DNA of 64,000 nt from an uncultured archaeon (GCA_964534045.1 CAZHNO010000001.1:1786-65785); one strand, 5' to 3'. Shown: positions 46,884 to 58,036, numbered from the stretch's first letter. The notes: generated by a model not told the origin, from the sequence alone. Made by a program: numbers and translations.

Positions 46884-49800
46884 ATGAAAAAGATAGTAAA
46901 AATTTGGTTAATCGTTATTTTGATAGTTTTAGCTATCGTATTAATAAACTCAAATTTTTCTTTCACAGGGCTTTTTTTGCAAAAACAGGAATCAATTAGT
47001 TTTTCAGGAATTTGTAATAGCAATAACATTTGTGAAATTGGAGAGGATGATGAAAATTGTCCACAAGATTGTTTACCCAGGGCACCCAAAAATGAAAACT
47101 GCTTGTGCATTTACAGAAACGGAGATATTAATTCAGAAAAAATCTGTGAATATTATGCTGAAAAAAGGCCAGGAGTACATACTCTTGGTTTAAACTTAAG
47201 TTCAGGGATAGAAAGTGCACAAAAAAGCGTATTCATTTCTGAAGTTATTGATCCTCTTTGGGAATGGGTGGAAGCAAATGATGAATTAAAAATAACTCAT
47301 TTGGCAGTTGCAAGAGGCATTCCTACTGAAGTAATAATTGGAAATAGAACATATGGTGCTGCTTCAATGTTAGCCCTTTCAAAAGAATTTTATGATATTA
47401 GTCCTGGAATATCAGGAAATACACTAACTTTTATTCACTTTGATCCTGAAAAATATAAAACTGATGATGGAAAATATACATTCAGATTTGCTGTATCTTA
47501 TTTAACTGCTTATCAATTGGAAGATGTTTTAAAAATGATTGATAAAGCACAAGCCCCTATCCAAAATTTTGATGAATTAAAATGGTTTTTTGATGCGGAT
47601 GAAGATGAATTTCCAACAACTAAAATAAACTTAAAACAAGTTAAAGCAGAGTTAATAAAACAAGGAGTTCTTCCAGAAAATATTATTCTTGATTTTAACA
47701 ATGCTTTGCATACAAATCCTGAAGGCCCGATAATTGGATTTAATAGTGCAGGAAGACACCACACCGGTTATAGTCATTTATGGATGACACAAGAAAAATA
47801 TTTTAATCTTGAAGTTGCTAATCGCGCAATAATGAGTAGCGTTGAAAGTTATAATGCACACACTTTTTTTGGAAAACCTGATGAAAATATTGACGAAAGA
47901 ACAATTGGCCAAGGAAGAATTGCTGATGCTGTAAGCAAGATAGCTTTTGGGGGAGAAAATTATTCAAATAGTTTTGCAGGAGCAGGGGGAAATGTTACAG
48001 AACCATATCTGGGGTATCACATGAATGCAGAAAGATTTTTACCAGCATATGCTACTGGTTTAACACTTGGTGAAACTTTTTTAACAACACACCCATTAAG
48101 ATGGACTGCAATAATGATTGGAGACCCTTTAATGAGATTGATTGAAGATGATAAAGTTGGTTTACCAAATGGTACTGCTTGTGAAAATAATTCTCAATGT
48201 TATTCTAGAATTTGTGGAAATTCTCAAATTGGAGAAAAATTTTGTCATGCAAATCAAAATAATTGTGTTTATACTCAACAAAGTTTTGTTTATGATCTTA
48301 TGAATGGAAACAAAATTTGTAAGGAAATTACGAGCCAAACTGATATTTTATTTACTTGTGAAAATGGTACTTGGAAATTAGAAAAAGCCCCGGAGGAATA
48401 TTTGTGTAAATCAGTAAACTCTTTTTGGGATTTTGACGCAGACTTTTTTAAAAAAAATGGATTAGTTTGTTTGTCTGATGAAGAGTGTTATTCAAATGAT
48501 TGTAAAAAAGATTTAAGTGGAATAAAAAGATGTCAAAATAAAGACATTTGTCCAGTAAATAAAACTCAATATGTTAATAATAATTCATTTGCTTGTGTCT
48601 CAGAAAACCAAAAAATAAAATGTGTTAATGGTGAATGGGTAAACGGAATAATCAATTGCGATAATGAATGTATTGATGGAATGTGTTTGGGCGAATTTTT
48701 TACCCCTCCAAATATATTTACTATTGAAAAAAACAGGGATTATTATATGGCATTACCCATTAATCCTTCTTCAAAAAAAGTAAGTGATATTTTTGGAACA
48801 AATTTAGATTCTGGTAATCAAATTTATTTTTTTAGAAATAGTTGGACTTCAACAAGTTTTATTAAATTTGGAACAATTGAACAGTGGAATCCTGATTTGG
48901 AAATTAAAAATGGCGAGGGTTTTTTATTGAATCTAAATAGTGATATTAACATAATTATTGAAGGAGATGAAATAACTGAATCATTTCCTATTGAAATTAA
49001 AGGAAGTTCTAATTTGATAGGAATTCCAACACTGGGTAAAAAAAGAATGGCTTCTGAAGTTTTAGAAGAAATTAATTTACTAGATGATAGCTGTTATACA
49101 ATAAAATCTGGAGGAGGAAATGGAAAAAGTTATTCTATTACTAATGAAGGTGTTGAAGGAGAAGATTTTGAAATTTTTAATTATATTGCTTATTGGATTA
49201 TTTGTGATGAAAATACTAATATTACTTGGGTGCCTTTTGAAAATGAATGTACTCCTGGAGAATTTTGTGGATTAAATAGTTGTGAAGCAAATTATTGTGT
49301 TGATAATTTACTAAAAAAATTTCCACAAAATTGTGAAAAATTTTGTAATAATAACAGAGAATGTGTAGGTTGTTCTTGCACAGTAATTGAACAAAATTGT
49401 GGTTCAAATGCACTATGTTCTAATGGGGTTTGTTTAAGTTGTGGAGATAATTTTGCTAATTGTGATGGGATTACTGGCAATGGTTGTGAAATAAATGTTA
49501 AAGAAGATAACGGAAATTGTGGTTCTTGTGGAAATATTTGTGGTGATGGTAAAGAGTGTATTAATGGCGTTTGTGAAGATATAAATTTATGTAAAAATAT
49601 AAATTGTGGAACGAATGCATTTTGTAAATCTGAAACAGGTTCTTGTGAATGTTTTAACAATTATTTAAATTGTGATAATAACTTTAGTAATGGATGTGAG
49701 CTTAGTACAAGTACAGGTTGTCCAGAATGTGAAAATAATGAAAGTAGACTTTGTGTAAATGAAAAATTGTGTTTAGGTTCGCAAGCTTGTGAAAATAAAA

Positions 49801-50813
49801 AATGGAATCAATGTTTAATTGAAACTGAATGTGAATTTGGAGAAGTAAGAACTTGCACTCCAAAAATTAATGGTGAAGATTGTAATTTAGTATTAGGAAA
49901 TCAAACATGTAACAAATGTGGGCAATGGGAAGCTTGCACAGTAAGTAGTAACATAAACTGTTGCAGTGGAAAAAAAGAAAATTGTTTTATAAATGGTTGT
50001 GAAGGAAAAAAACATTGTGTGGGTTTTATTTGGCAAGATTGTAAAAAAAATGATTTGCTTTGTGGATTAAACAACACTAGCACATTTGACTTAGATAATT
50101 TAAGCACTTCTAACACTAGCGAAGGTAGTTCAAATTTTTGTAAAAATAGTGATTGTGGTGAGGATGAATACTGTGTAGAAAATAAGTGTGTTAAGTTAGA
50201 GTGCATAGATGGATTTATAATAAAAAATCATGAATGTGTCTGTAATGGAATATTATGTAATGGATTTTGTTACGATACTATTGGAATTTGTTGTAATAAT
50301 AATTGGAATGAAGAGCTTGATTCTTGTGAAACTGAAAGAAATATTGTTTTAAATATAGTCATGAATTCAAAAAATAATGAAGCAATCAAACTTTATGATG
50401 AAGCTGAAGAATCAATAAAAAAAGGAGAAATTAAAAAAGCAAAAGCTCAGCTAAAAATTGCTGAGTTGAAAGCAAAAGAAAATATTAAAAATAAAGAGCT
50501 TGTTTATGAAAGCTTAGAAAAAATTAACCTTGCAATGCAAAATGAAAAATATTCTGAAGCAGAAAACCTCGCAATAGATGCATTAAATAATCTGAAAAAA
50601 GAAAATGAATTTGAACAATTTATGGATGGAGATTTTGCACAAACCATCTTACTAATCTTAAGTATTATTTTTTTATTAATTATTATTGTTGAAGTTAGTC
50701 CAAGAGTTTACAAAAAAGTGAAAAATAAAAGTGGTGGAAAGAAAAAAAATAAAAAAATAGTCAAAAGTGAAAAAGAAAAAATCTTAGAAGAACTAAAAAA
50801 ACAATTTAAATAA
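46884..50813 (+). CDS. Large Cys-rich cell-surface protein with TIGR03790-like N-terminal domain and C-terminal TM anchor
   Basis: Signal/TM, YYAEKR, VTEPYL, IGDPL; many Cys modules (NCDG...NGCE, NCGSCGNIC); TM plus basic tail. Confidence 0.7.
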   Translation: MKKIVKIWLIVILIVLAIVLINSNFSFTGLFLQKQESISFSGICNSNNICEIGEDDENCPQDCLPRAPKNENCLCIYRNGDINSEKICEYYAEKRPGVHTLGLNLSSGIESAQKSVFISEVIDPLWEWVEANDELKITHLAVARGIPTEVIIGNRTYGAASMLALSKEFYDISPGISGNTLTFIHFDPEKYKTDDGKYTFRFAVSYLTAYQLEDVLKMIDKAQAPIQNFDELKWFFDADEDEFPTTKINLKQVKAELIKQGVLPENIILDFNNALHTNPEGPIIGFNSAGRHHTGYSHLWMTQEKYFNLEVANRAIMSSVESYNAHTFFGKPDENIDERTIGQGRIADAVSKIAFGGENYSNSFAGAGGNVTEPYLGYHMNAERFLPAYATGLTLGETFLTTHPLRWTAIMIGDPLMRLIEDDKVGLPNGTACENNSQCYSRICGNSQIGEKFCHANQNNCVYTQQSFVYDLMNGNKICKEITSQTDILFTCENGTWKLEKAPEEYLCKSVNSFWDFDADFFKKNGLVCLSDEECYSNDCKKDLSGIKRCQNKDICPVNKTQYVNNNSFACVSENQKIKCVNGEWVNGIINCDNECIDGMCLGEFFTPPNIFTIEKNRDYYMALPINPSSKKVSDIFGTNLDSGNQIYFFRNSWTSTSFIKFGTIEQWNPDLEIKNGEGFLLNLNSDINIIIEGDEITESFPIEIKGSSNLIGIPTLGKKRMASEVLEEINLLDDSCYTIKSGGGNGKSYSITNEGVEGEDFEIFNYIAYWIICDENTNITWVPFENECTPGEFCGLNSCEANYCVDNLLKKFPQNCEKFCNNNRECVGCSCTVIEQNCGSNALCSNGVCLSCGDNFANCDGITGNGCEINVKEDNGNCGSCGNICGDGKECINGVCEDINLCKNINCGTNAFCKSETGSCECFNNYLNCDNNFSNGCELSTSTGCPECENNESRLCVNEKLCLGSQACENKKWNQCLIETECEFGEVRTCTPKINGEDCNLVLGNQTCNKCGQWEACTVSSNINCCSGKKENCFINGCEGKKHCVGFIWQDCKKNDLLCGLNNTSTFDLDNLSTSNTSEGSSNFCKNSDCGEDEYCVENKCVKLECIDGFIIKNHECVCNGILCNGFCYDTIGICCNNNWNEELDSCETERNIVLNIVMNSKNNEAIKLYDEAEESIKKGEIKKAKAQLKIAELKAKENIKNKELVYESLEKINLAMQNEKYSEAENLAIDALNNLKKENEFEQFMDGDFAQTILLILSIIFLLIIIVEVSPRVYKKVKNKSGGKKKNKKIVKSEKEKILEELKKQFK

Positions 50814-50954
50814 AAAAATTAAAAAAAATAAGAATAGCTAAATTAGCAACAAACCAACTTATACATAATGTTTTATTTTTTATCTTTCACCTTTGCTCAA
50901 CTTGTTTTGAGAAGATGCTTTTTAAAAAGAAACCAACAGAGTTTAATTTAGAGT

Positions 50955-51731
50955 TTGGGTGAAAGAGAAATGGTTGAAAAAATTGATGAAATTACTGAAA
51001 TTAATAAAATTTACAAAACTCTAATGCACTTTCCAGGAAGCACTTTTTCTGATTTGTGGGATAAAGAAATCCCAAGCAATAAATTTAATTATTATTTAAA
51101 AAAAATGGAAACAGAAAGTTTAATTGAAAAAAAAGATGGAAAATATTTTCTAACTTTACAAGGAAAAGAAAATGCTGTAGAAATTAGTGGAGACACAGGA
51201 AAGAAAGAAGAGAGGCCAGTTGTTGCTTTATTGCTTGTGATTAGAAGAGATAAGAAAAATACAAACAGAAAAAATAATGAAAACGAAAAAAATTATGAGT
51301 ATATTTTGTATAGGAGAATGAAGGAACCTTATTACAACCATTGTGGTTTTCCAGGTGCAAAAATGCAAAAAGGGGAAGAAATTTTAGAATCAGCAAAAAG
51401 AGAACTGAAAGAAGAAACTAATTTTGATTGTGATGGAAAGATTATTGGTGTACAAAATTGTAAAGTGAAAAACGATGGAAAATTATTTCACCATTTTTTA
51501 CAATTTGTTATTTTGTTTGAAAACCCAAAAGGCGAGCTAATAAAAGAAAGTAGAGAAGGAACTTATGAATGGGCTTCAAAAAAAGAAATTTTGGGGCAGA
51601 AAAAGTTGTTCCCTGATATTAAAGGTGTTTTAGAGAGTATTGAAAAGAATGAGTTTTATATGAAAGAATTGGATTTTTTACAAGAAAATCAACAATTCAC
51701 AGGTATTTTAGAAAAAGGAATTTGCTTCTAA
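50955..51731 (+). CDS. Winged HTH plus NUDIX hydrolase
   Basis: FNYYLKKM HTH; FPGAK...GE.ILESAKRELKEET Nudix box. Confidence 0.82.
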   Translation: MGEREMVEKIDEITEINKIYKTLMHFPGSTFSDLWDKEIPSNKFNYYLKKMETESLIEKKDGKYFLTLQGKENAVEISGDTGKKEERPVVALLLVIRRDKKNTNRKNNENEKNYEYILYRRMKEPYYNHCGFPGAKMQKGEEILESAKRELKEETNFDCDGKIIGVQNCKVKNDGKLFHHFLQFVILFENPKGELIKESREGTYEWASKKEILGQKKLFPDIKGVLESIEKNEFYMKELDFLQENQQFTGILEKGICF

Positions 51732-51737
51732 AAACAC

Positions 51738-52574
51738 TTGAAAAAAAACTTCTCCAATTATCTTTTAAATAAAATAGCTCTTTTATTTACAGATATTATG
51801 CCTATAAAAAAGAGATTAGACAAAAATATACCAATAGCAAAAAGTAAGGCTAGTTCTAGGAAAAGTGTTTCAAAAGGAGGAGCAATTGTTTCCTTAGAAG
51901 ATGTTTATAAAATTTATAATTTAGGCGAAGTTGAAGTAAGAGCTTTAGATGGAATTAATTTGCAAATTTGTAGGGGAGATTATGTTTCTATAATGGGCCC
52001 AAGTGGAAGTGGAAAAACAACCCTATTAGATATTTTAAGCACAATGCTTCGCCCTAGCAAAGGAAAAATTTTGATTGATGGAAAAGACACTACAAAAATG
52101 AGTGACGCTGAATTAGCTAATTTTAGAGGAAACAAAATTGGTTTTATTTTTCAAACTTTTAATTTATTACCAAAATTAAGTGCTTTAGAAAATGTAATGG
52201 TTCCAATGTGGATTAATAACACCCCAAGAGGAGAGAGAGTTGAGAGAGCAAAAAAAGTTTTGGAAAGTGTTGGTTTAGGAGACAGGCTACAAAATCGCCC
52301 AGGGCAAATGTCTGGTGGACAGAGGCAGAGGGTTGCTATTGCAAGAGCGTTAGCACTTGACCCTGATATTGTTGTTGCTGATGAACCAACAGGAAATCTT
52401 GATTCAAAATCAGGAAAAGTTGTAATGGATATTTTACAAGATTTGTATGAAACAAAAGGAAAAACTGTAATTCTTGTTACTCATGATGAGAGTATTGGAA
52501 AGAGAGCAAAAAAACATATTTCTTTGAAAGATGGAAAAATTGTTTCTAGTGGAACGCAAGTTTGTCAATTATAA
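51738..52574 (+). CDS. ABC transporter ATP-binding protein (LolD/MacB-type); likely start ATG 51798
   Basis: GPSGSGKTT, GFIFQTFNL, MSGGQRQRVAIARAL, ADEPTGNLD, VTHD. Confidence 0.93.
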   Translation: MKKNFSNYLLNKIALLFTDIMPIKKRLDKNIPIAKSKASSRKSVSKGGAIVSLEDVYKIYNLGEVEVRALDGINLQICRGDYVSIMGPSGSGKTTLLDILSTMLRPSKGKILIDGKDTTKMSDAELANFRGNKIGFIFQTFNLLPKLSALENVMVPMWINNTPRGERVERAKKVLESVGLGDRLQNRPGQMSGGQRQRVAIARALALDPDIVVADEPTGNLDSKSGKVVMDILQDLYETKGKTVILVTHDESIGKRAKKHISLKDGKIVSSGTQVCQL

Positions 52575-52657
52575 TTTTTGTTTATTAAAAAAACAAAATT
52601 TGAATATTAATAATAAAAAATTAAATTTAAAAAATTTAAATATTAAATAGTTTATTT

Positions 52658-53863
52658 TTGGGAAAAGGTGTTGAAATGCCATATGATTTGATTAGAGAAT
52701 CTTCAAGTAATTTGAAGAGAGAGGGCGTAAGAACTTATTTAACATTATTAGGAATTGTTATTGGCATTGCCGCAATTGTTTCTTTAACCTCAATTGGCTC
52801 TGGTTTAGGAGTTGCAGTTGATCAACAATTAGAACAATTAGGTGGAACAATAATTTTTGTTATTCCTGGTGGATTACAAAATATTAGATTGGAATTAGAT
52901 GAGCATGATGTTTCTGTCTTAGAAGGAATTAGTGGTGTTGAAAGTGCTGTTCCAATTTATTCTACTTCTGCAGTAATGGAATTTGATGGAGAAAAAGTTA
53001 ATGTTTCTGTTTCAGCAACAGATGCAAAAAAAGCAGAGATTTTTGATAACACGGGTTATTTTGATGTTGGAGAAGGAAGAGATTTTGCTAGAAACGAATC
53101 AACATCTGTTCTTATTGGAAATACTTTGGCAAAAACTTATTTTGAAAAACCAATTAATCTTAGAAAACAAGTGTTGATTAATGGAAAGACTTTCAAAGTA
53201 ATTGGAATTTTGAAACCACAAGCACAATCTTTTGGTGGAGGGCCTGATACAGGCGGTTCTGTTTTTATGTCCCTTGATGCTTTCAAAAGAATTTCTGATA
53301 AATTAAATCCATCAATAATTTTTGTTAACGCAAGTGACAAGTTAGGAATTGAAGATGTTGTTGAGGATATAAAAAAATATTTTGACAAAGAATATGGAAA
53401 AAATAGTGTAACTGTTTTATCTTCTGAAGAAATTTCTGAAAGAGTAAGTTCTTTGTTAAGCATTGTAACAATTTTTATTGCGGGCTTGGCTGGAATTAGT
53501 TTAGTTGTTGGAGGAATAGGAATAATGAATGCAATGATAACAAGTGTTCTGCAAAGAACAAAAGAAATTGGATTATACAAAGCAGTTGGTGCCAGTTCAA
53601 GAAAAATTTTAATATTATTTATTTTAGAAGCGGGTTTTATTGGTTTATTGGGTGGTATAATTGGAGTAATTGTTGGTTTATTATTGGCAGAGGGAATTGC
53701 CTTTGTTGGTTTGCAAGCAGGTTATGCTTTAGTGGCTGTAAAAACTCCTGAAATTATTTTAGGGGGATTGGCTTTTGCAGTTATTGTTGGAATATTATCG
53801 GGCATTTATCCTGCTTTGCGAGCAGCAAAACTTGATCCGGTTGTTGCGTTGAGGTATGAATAA
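52658..53863 (+). CDS. ABC transporter permease (MacB/FtsX-type)
   Basis: RTYLTLLGIVIGI, SLVVGGIGIMN, RTKEIG..KA.GA, YPA.RAA.LDP..ALRYE. Confidence 0.92.
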   Translation: MGKGVEMPYDLIRESSSNLKREGVRTYLTLLGIVIGIAAIVSLTSIGSGLGVAVDQQLEQLGGTIIFVIPGGLQNIRLELDEHDVSVLEGISGVESAVPIYSTSAVMEFDGEKVNVSVSATDAKKAEIFDNTGYFDVGEGRDFARNESTSVLIGNTLAKTYFEKPINLRKQVLINGKTFKVIGILKPQAQSFGGGPDTGGSVFMSLDAFKRISDKLNPSIIFVNASDKLGIEDVVEDIKKYFDKEYGKNSVTVLSSEEISERVSSLLSIVTIFIAGLAGISLVVGGIGIMNAMITSVLQRTKEIGLYKAVGASSRKILILFILEAGFIGLLGGIIGVIVGLLLAEGIAFVGLQAGYALVAVKTPEIILGGLAFAVIVGILSGIYPALRAAKLDPVVALRYE

Positions 53864-53886
53864 TTTTTTGAAAAAAAATTAATTGA

Positions 53887-55089
53887 GTGATTTTTATGTT
53901 GGAAGTTATTGAACAATCATTAAAGAATTTGCGAAGAGAAGGAGTTAGAACTTTCCTTACTTTAATTGGAATTGTTATTGGTATTGCTGCAATAGTTGCT
54001 TTGCTTTCAATTGGTTCTGGTTTAACAATTGCTTTTGAAGAACAATTTGAAGGCATTGGTTCTAACATGGTTTTTGCTTCACCAGGTGATGCTTTGAGCA
54101 TGCAACAATCTACAGATTTAAAAATTTCTCAAAAAGATGTTGAAAATGTGAAAAATATTAGAAATGTAAAAACTGTTATTGCTGAGTATGCTGGCGCGGG
54201 AGCAATTCATTTTGATAATGAAACAAGAAGTGCAATATTTTTTAGTGTTGATGAGGAAGGTTATGATTTTTTTAAGAATGAAGATTTTGTTGAATTAATT
54301 GAGGGCAGGTGGATTGAACCAAATGAATCAACAGGAATAATGATTAATGAAACTCTAGCAAAGGATGCTTTTGATAAAGAAATTAATTTAAGAAAACAAC
54401 TTGATATTAGTGGAAAGAACTTCAAGGTTGTTGGAATTTTTAAATTTGGTAGCGGAGCATCAACCTTTATGGGTGGTTCAGGAATAGTTTTCTCTACCAT
54501 AAATGGTTATGATAGAGTTTTCCCGGAAAAAGAAATTGCTGAAATAATGATAAAAACTGAAACAACTGAAAGTGCACCACAAGTAGCAGAAGATGTGAAA
54601 GAATATTTTGAGGATAAGTATGGAAAAAGAAGTATTACTGTGCTAACTTCTGACCAAGCAATAGAACAACTAAATAGTGTATTATCTTTACTAACAATTG
54701 TTATTGCAGGGATTGCTGGAATTAGTTTGGTTGTTGGAGGAATAGGGATAATGAATGCAATGATAACAAGTGTAATAGAGAGAACAAAAGAAATTGGATT
54801 ATACAAAGCACTAGGCGCAAGTAATAAAAAAATCCTTTCAATATTTATCTTAGAAGCAGGATTTATTGGTTTATTGGGTGGAATAATTGGTTGTGCATTA
54901 GGTTTTTCTTTAGCTGGAATTATTGGCATTGTTGGAAGTAGTGCAGGTTTGCCTTTGAGAGCAGTAATAACTCCTGAATTAGTGATTGGGGGTTTAGCTT
55001 TTTCAATGATTGTTGGAATACTTTCAGGTTTATACCCTGCAATAAAAGCTTCTCAATTAGATCCAGTTGAAGCAATTAGATTTGATTAA
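53887..55089 (+). CDS. ABC transporter permease (MacB/FtsX-type), tandem paralogue
   Basis: Same motifs as 52658-53863. Confidence 0.92.
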   Translation: MIFMLEVIEQSLKNLRREGVRTFLTLIGIVIGIAAIVALLSIGSGLTIAFEEQFEGIGSNMVFASPGDALSMQQSTDLKISQKDVENVKNIRNVKTVIAEYAGAGAIHFDNETRSAIFFSVDEEGYDFFKNEDFVELIEGRWIEPNESTGIMINETLAKDAFDKEINLRKQLDISGKNFKVVGIFKFGSGASTFMGGSGIVFSTINGYDRVFPEKEIAEIMIKTETTESAPQVAEDVKEYFEDKYGKRSITVLTSDQAIEQLNSVLSLLTIVIAGIAGISLVVGGIGIMNAMITSVIERTKEIGLYKALGASNKKILSIFILEAGFIGLLGGIIGCALGFSLAGIIGIVGSSAGLPLRAVITPELVIGGLAFSMIVGILSGLYPAIKASQLDPVEAIRFD

Positions 55090-55109
55090 AAAAATATTTT
55101 AAAAAATAG

Positions 55110-57170
55110 TTAGATTTTATTTTCTAACTTAGCATTTTTAATAATCAATGTTCCAGTAAATTCATTTTCCATTTTCTTTTCAAATTTAACGCTTAATCTT
55201 TTTTCAAACAAAGGCATATCCAAAACAAGTGTTTCATATTCTCCACCTTCACCAGCAACATTAATTTTAAACTTTTTTTCCAACGCAATTAACTTTTCAA
55301 CATCAGCAATTTTTAAAATTTTCCCCAGCCATTCTTCACCCAAACCATAACAAGCTATTTTTGTAATCATAATTGAAAATTTTTCTTTGATTAATTGTTT
55401 CATATATTGTGCTTGATTCATTTGCCATAGCGGAGCAAACGCTCTAATGCCAAGGGATTCACAAATTTTTTCAATTCTTTCTCTTTGATAATTTGAAAAT
55501 AATGCTCCTGAACAAATTCCTTCAATATTATATTTTTTCTTAGCTTCTTTTATTGCTTTTTTTAAATCACTTAATTCTTTTTCTTTTTTTCCAATTGTTT
55601 TCACTAATACCAAATGCTTTCCTAATGATTGTGCTTGTAACTTTGCTAAAGCAATTGTTGGAGTATGAAACATATAGGAATCTTTATTCTTTGAATCAAT
55701 TGTAATTAAGCATTTTATATCATATCCTTGTTTTTGCATTAAACTCATTGCAAATAAAGAATCTTTTCCTGTTGAAATAAGTGCAGCGATTGAAATATTT
55801 TTCCTATCTTCTTTTTTTTGTAAAGAATTCAAATAATCAGCTTTTGATCTAAACTTGTTTTTCCTAGCTAACTTTTCTAAAGCTTTATCAAAATTACTTC
55901 CATATTGAGCTGCTTTCTTTGGGCGATAAGCAATTTCTTTATTCAAGCCAAGTGATTCTGCAAATTCTCGCAATAATAATTTATTTTGCTTTTTGTCAGA
56001 AGATATTTTATATTTTGGTTCTAAAGCAAGAGATGCTTGAACAAGCTCTTTGTCAAGATAAGGTAGCCTTAATTCTGTCTTGTTATTCATGCAAATAATA
56101 TCTTCAAAATATAAATCATTTTCATACATTTTTATCAAATAAGAATAGCAATCTTTATTCACATCAGTGCTTTCTTTAAAACGAGCATAACCAGCAAATA
56201 GTTCATCCGCACCCAAACCAGAAAAACAAACTTTTTCTTTAATTGATTTTGTTGCAAAATAAATCGTGCTTGCAACACCAACTCTAACAGGGTCTGTTGA
56301 CTCTATTAAAGAAATTATTTTTGGTAATTCTTTTTCATATTCTTTTAGAGAAACTAAATTGATTTTTAATACTGAATTTAAATCATAGGATGCTTTTTTA
56401 GCAAATTCTAGGTCAACTGGCTCAGCAAAATCTTTTATTCCTGCAAAATAAGAAGTGAATTTTATCTTATTATTCTTCAAAATCAAACCAATTAATGTTG
56501 AATCAACTCCTCCAGAAAGAAGTAATGCTACTTTTTGTTCTGGAACTCTTTTAGTAACTGCACTTAATAGTAATTTTTGTATTTCTTCCTTTGGCCCCTT
56601 CAACTTTGTCTTTTTAATAATTCTTTTCTTAATAATCAAGCTTTTTGTTTTAATATTATAAATCAAAATCTCTCTTGGATTAAGATTTTTTGAATCAAAT
56701 TTAAGTGCTTTCTTTTCTGAAGCAAAAATAATTTTCTCTTTATCAATAAAATATACTAATGGTTTTACTCCAAACAAATCTCTTGCAAGAATAATTTTTT
56801 CTTCTTTTTTTGAGTAATAAGAAAATGCAAAAACACCATCTAATTCTTCAACTATTTCGGCAATATTTGAAATTCCTTTTTTATCAATTAATTTTTGTAT
56901 TAATTCAGCATCATTTTTTACATTCAATTTATTTTTCTCGCTTAGTTCTTTCCAATTATAAATTTCACAATTCGCTATACATAAACTTTCTTTTGTAACA
57001 AGGGGTTGTTTAACAAAATCAATTATTGAATGTAAATTATGCCCAAAAACAACTTCTTTATATTTAATAATTTTAGAAGCGTCTTTACCCCTATTTTGCA
57101 TTATTTTTAATCCTTTAGAACAAATTTCTCTTCCTAAAGGAGTATTTGCTGAACCTATTATTCCACACAT
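55110..57170 (-). CDS. Asparagine synthetase B-like amidotransferase fused to diphthine-ammonia ligase (Dph6)
   Basis: MCGI, NCEIYN, ARD.FG.KPL, LLSGGVDS, GADELFAGY; then ISTGKDS, SYMFH, YQRERI, GEGGEYET. Confidence 0.88.
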   Translation of the reverse strand: MCGIIGSANTPLGREICSKGLKIMQNRGKDASKIIKYKEVVFGHNLHSIIDFVKQPLVTKESLCIANCEIYNWKELSEKNKLNVKNDAELIQKLIDKKGISNIAEIVEELDGVFAFSYYSKKEEKIILARDLFGVKPLVYFIDKEKIIFASEKKALKFDSKNLNPREILIYNIKTKSLIIKKRIIKKTKLKGPKEEIQKLLLSAVTKRVPEQKVALLLSGGVDSTLIGLILKNNKIKFTSYFAGIKDFAEPVDLEFAKKASYDLNSVLKINLVSLKEYEKELPKIISLIESTDPVRVGVASTIYFATKSIKEKVCFSGLGADELFAGYARFKESTDVNKDCYSYLIKMYENDLYFEDIICMNNKTELRLPYLDKELVQASLALEPKYKISSDKKQNKLLLREFAESLGLNKEIAYRPKKAAQYGSNFDKALEKLARKNKFRSKADYLNSLQKKEDRKNISIAALISTGKDSLFAMSLMQKQGYDIKCLITIDSKNKDSYMFHTPTIALAKLQAQSLGKHLVLVKTIGKKEKELSDLKKAIKEAKKKYNIEGICSGALFSNYQRERIEKICESLGIRAFAPLWQMNQAQYMKQLIKEKFSIMITKIACYGLGEEWLGKILKIADVEKLIALEKKFKINVAGEGGEYETLVLDMPLFEKRLSVKFEKKMENEFTGTLIIKNAKLENKI

Positions 57171-57204
57171 AATAAAGTTAATTAAGAAGCTTAATATAAT
57201 TGTT

Positions 57205-57987
57205 TTGAATAAAGTATCTATGAATAATATTGCTTTGATAATTGCTCACAATGAAGCAGCCACCATAAAAAATGTAGTTGCTGGTTTATTGCAGGTTAAA
57301 AAAGAAGGAGTAATTCAAAGAGTAGTTCTTGTAAATGATGGAAGCACTGATAGCACAGCTAAAATTGCAAAATCACTTGGTGCTGAAATTATTAATCTCC
57401 CAAGAAATGTTGGTAAAGGACAAGCATTTATTGAGGGAGTAAATTTTTGTGCTAAACAAAGAGCTGATAATGTTCTTATGTTCGATGGAGATTTATTAGA
57501 AGTAAAAACAAAACAAGTAAAAAAACTATTAAAGCCATTAAAGAATCCTAAAACAAAAATGGTTATTGGTTCTGTTAAAGGGGATGGCACAGCAATGAGT
57601 GGAGAAAGAGCAATAAAAATGAGTGCATTGAAACCATTATATCAGGCACAAAATAAAAATTGGATAAGCCATATGCAAGGCTTCGGTTTAGAACCAACAT
57701 TAAATCATTATCTTGGATATAAAACAATTTTTTTACCAAAAATATTTGATAAAATTGGCGGAAGCATATACAATGGTTGGCATCCTTTTAGACAAAGCGT
57801 AAAATATGCAAGAACTAATTTCAGAGCTCTCCCCCCAAATAAAAGAGGATTTTATGTTACAGAAGAGCTTTTGAATAAAAGATTAGAATTAATCGGACGA
57901 GAAAATTCAGCAAGATTAATAAAAAAGGCTAGAAAACTTAATAAAAAAGGAAAAACAAAAAATCAAATAAAAAAAGCTCTCCACTAA
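57205..57987 (+). CDS. Glycosyltransferase family 2
   Basis: AHNEA, VNDGSTD, NVGKG, FDGD, SGERA. Confidence 0.82.
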   Translation: MNKVSMNNIALIIAHNEAATIKNVVAGLLQVKKEGVIQRVVLVNDGSTDSTAKIAKSLGAEIINLPRNVGKGQAFIEGVNFCAKQRADNVLMFDGDLLEVKTKQVKKLLKPLKNPKTKMVIGSVKGDGTAMSGERAIKMSALKPLYQAQNKNWISHMQGFGLEPTLNHYLGYKTIFLPKIFDKIGGSIYNGWHPFRQSVKYARTNFRALPPNKRGFYVTEELLNKRLELIGRENSARLIKKARKLNKKGKTKNQIKKALH

Positions 57988-58036
57988 AAAAGTACTAAAC
58001 AATCAGATTTATATTCATTAAATACTTATTTTTAAT

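Noticed and set aside
52658-55089. DNA similarity between the two ABC permease genes as a DGR template/variable repeat pair
   Set aside because: Ordinary tandem paralogues; differences are not confined to adenines and no reverse transcriptase is present.
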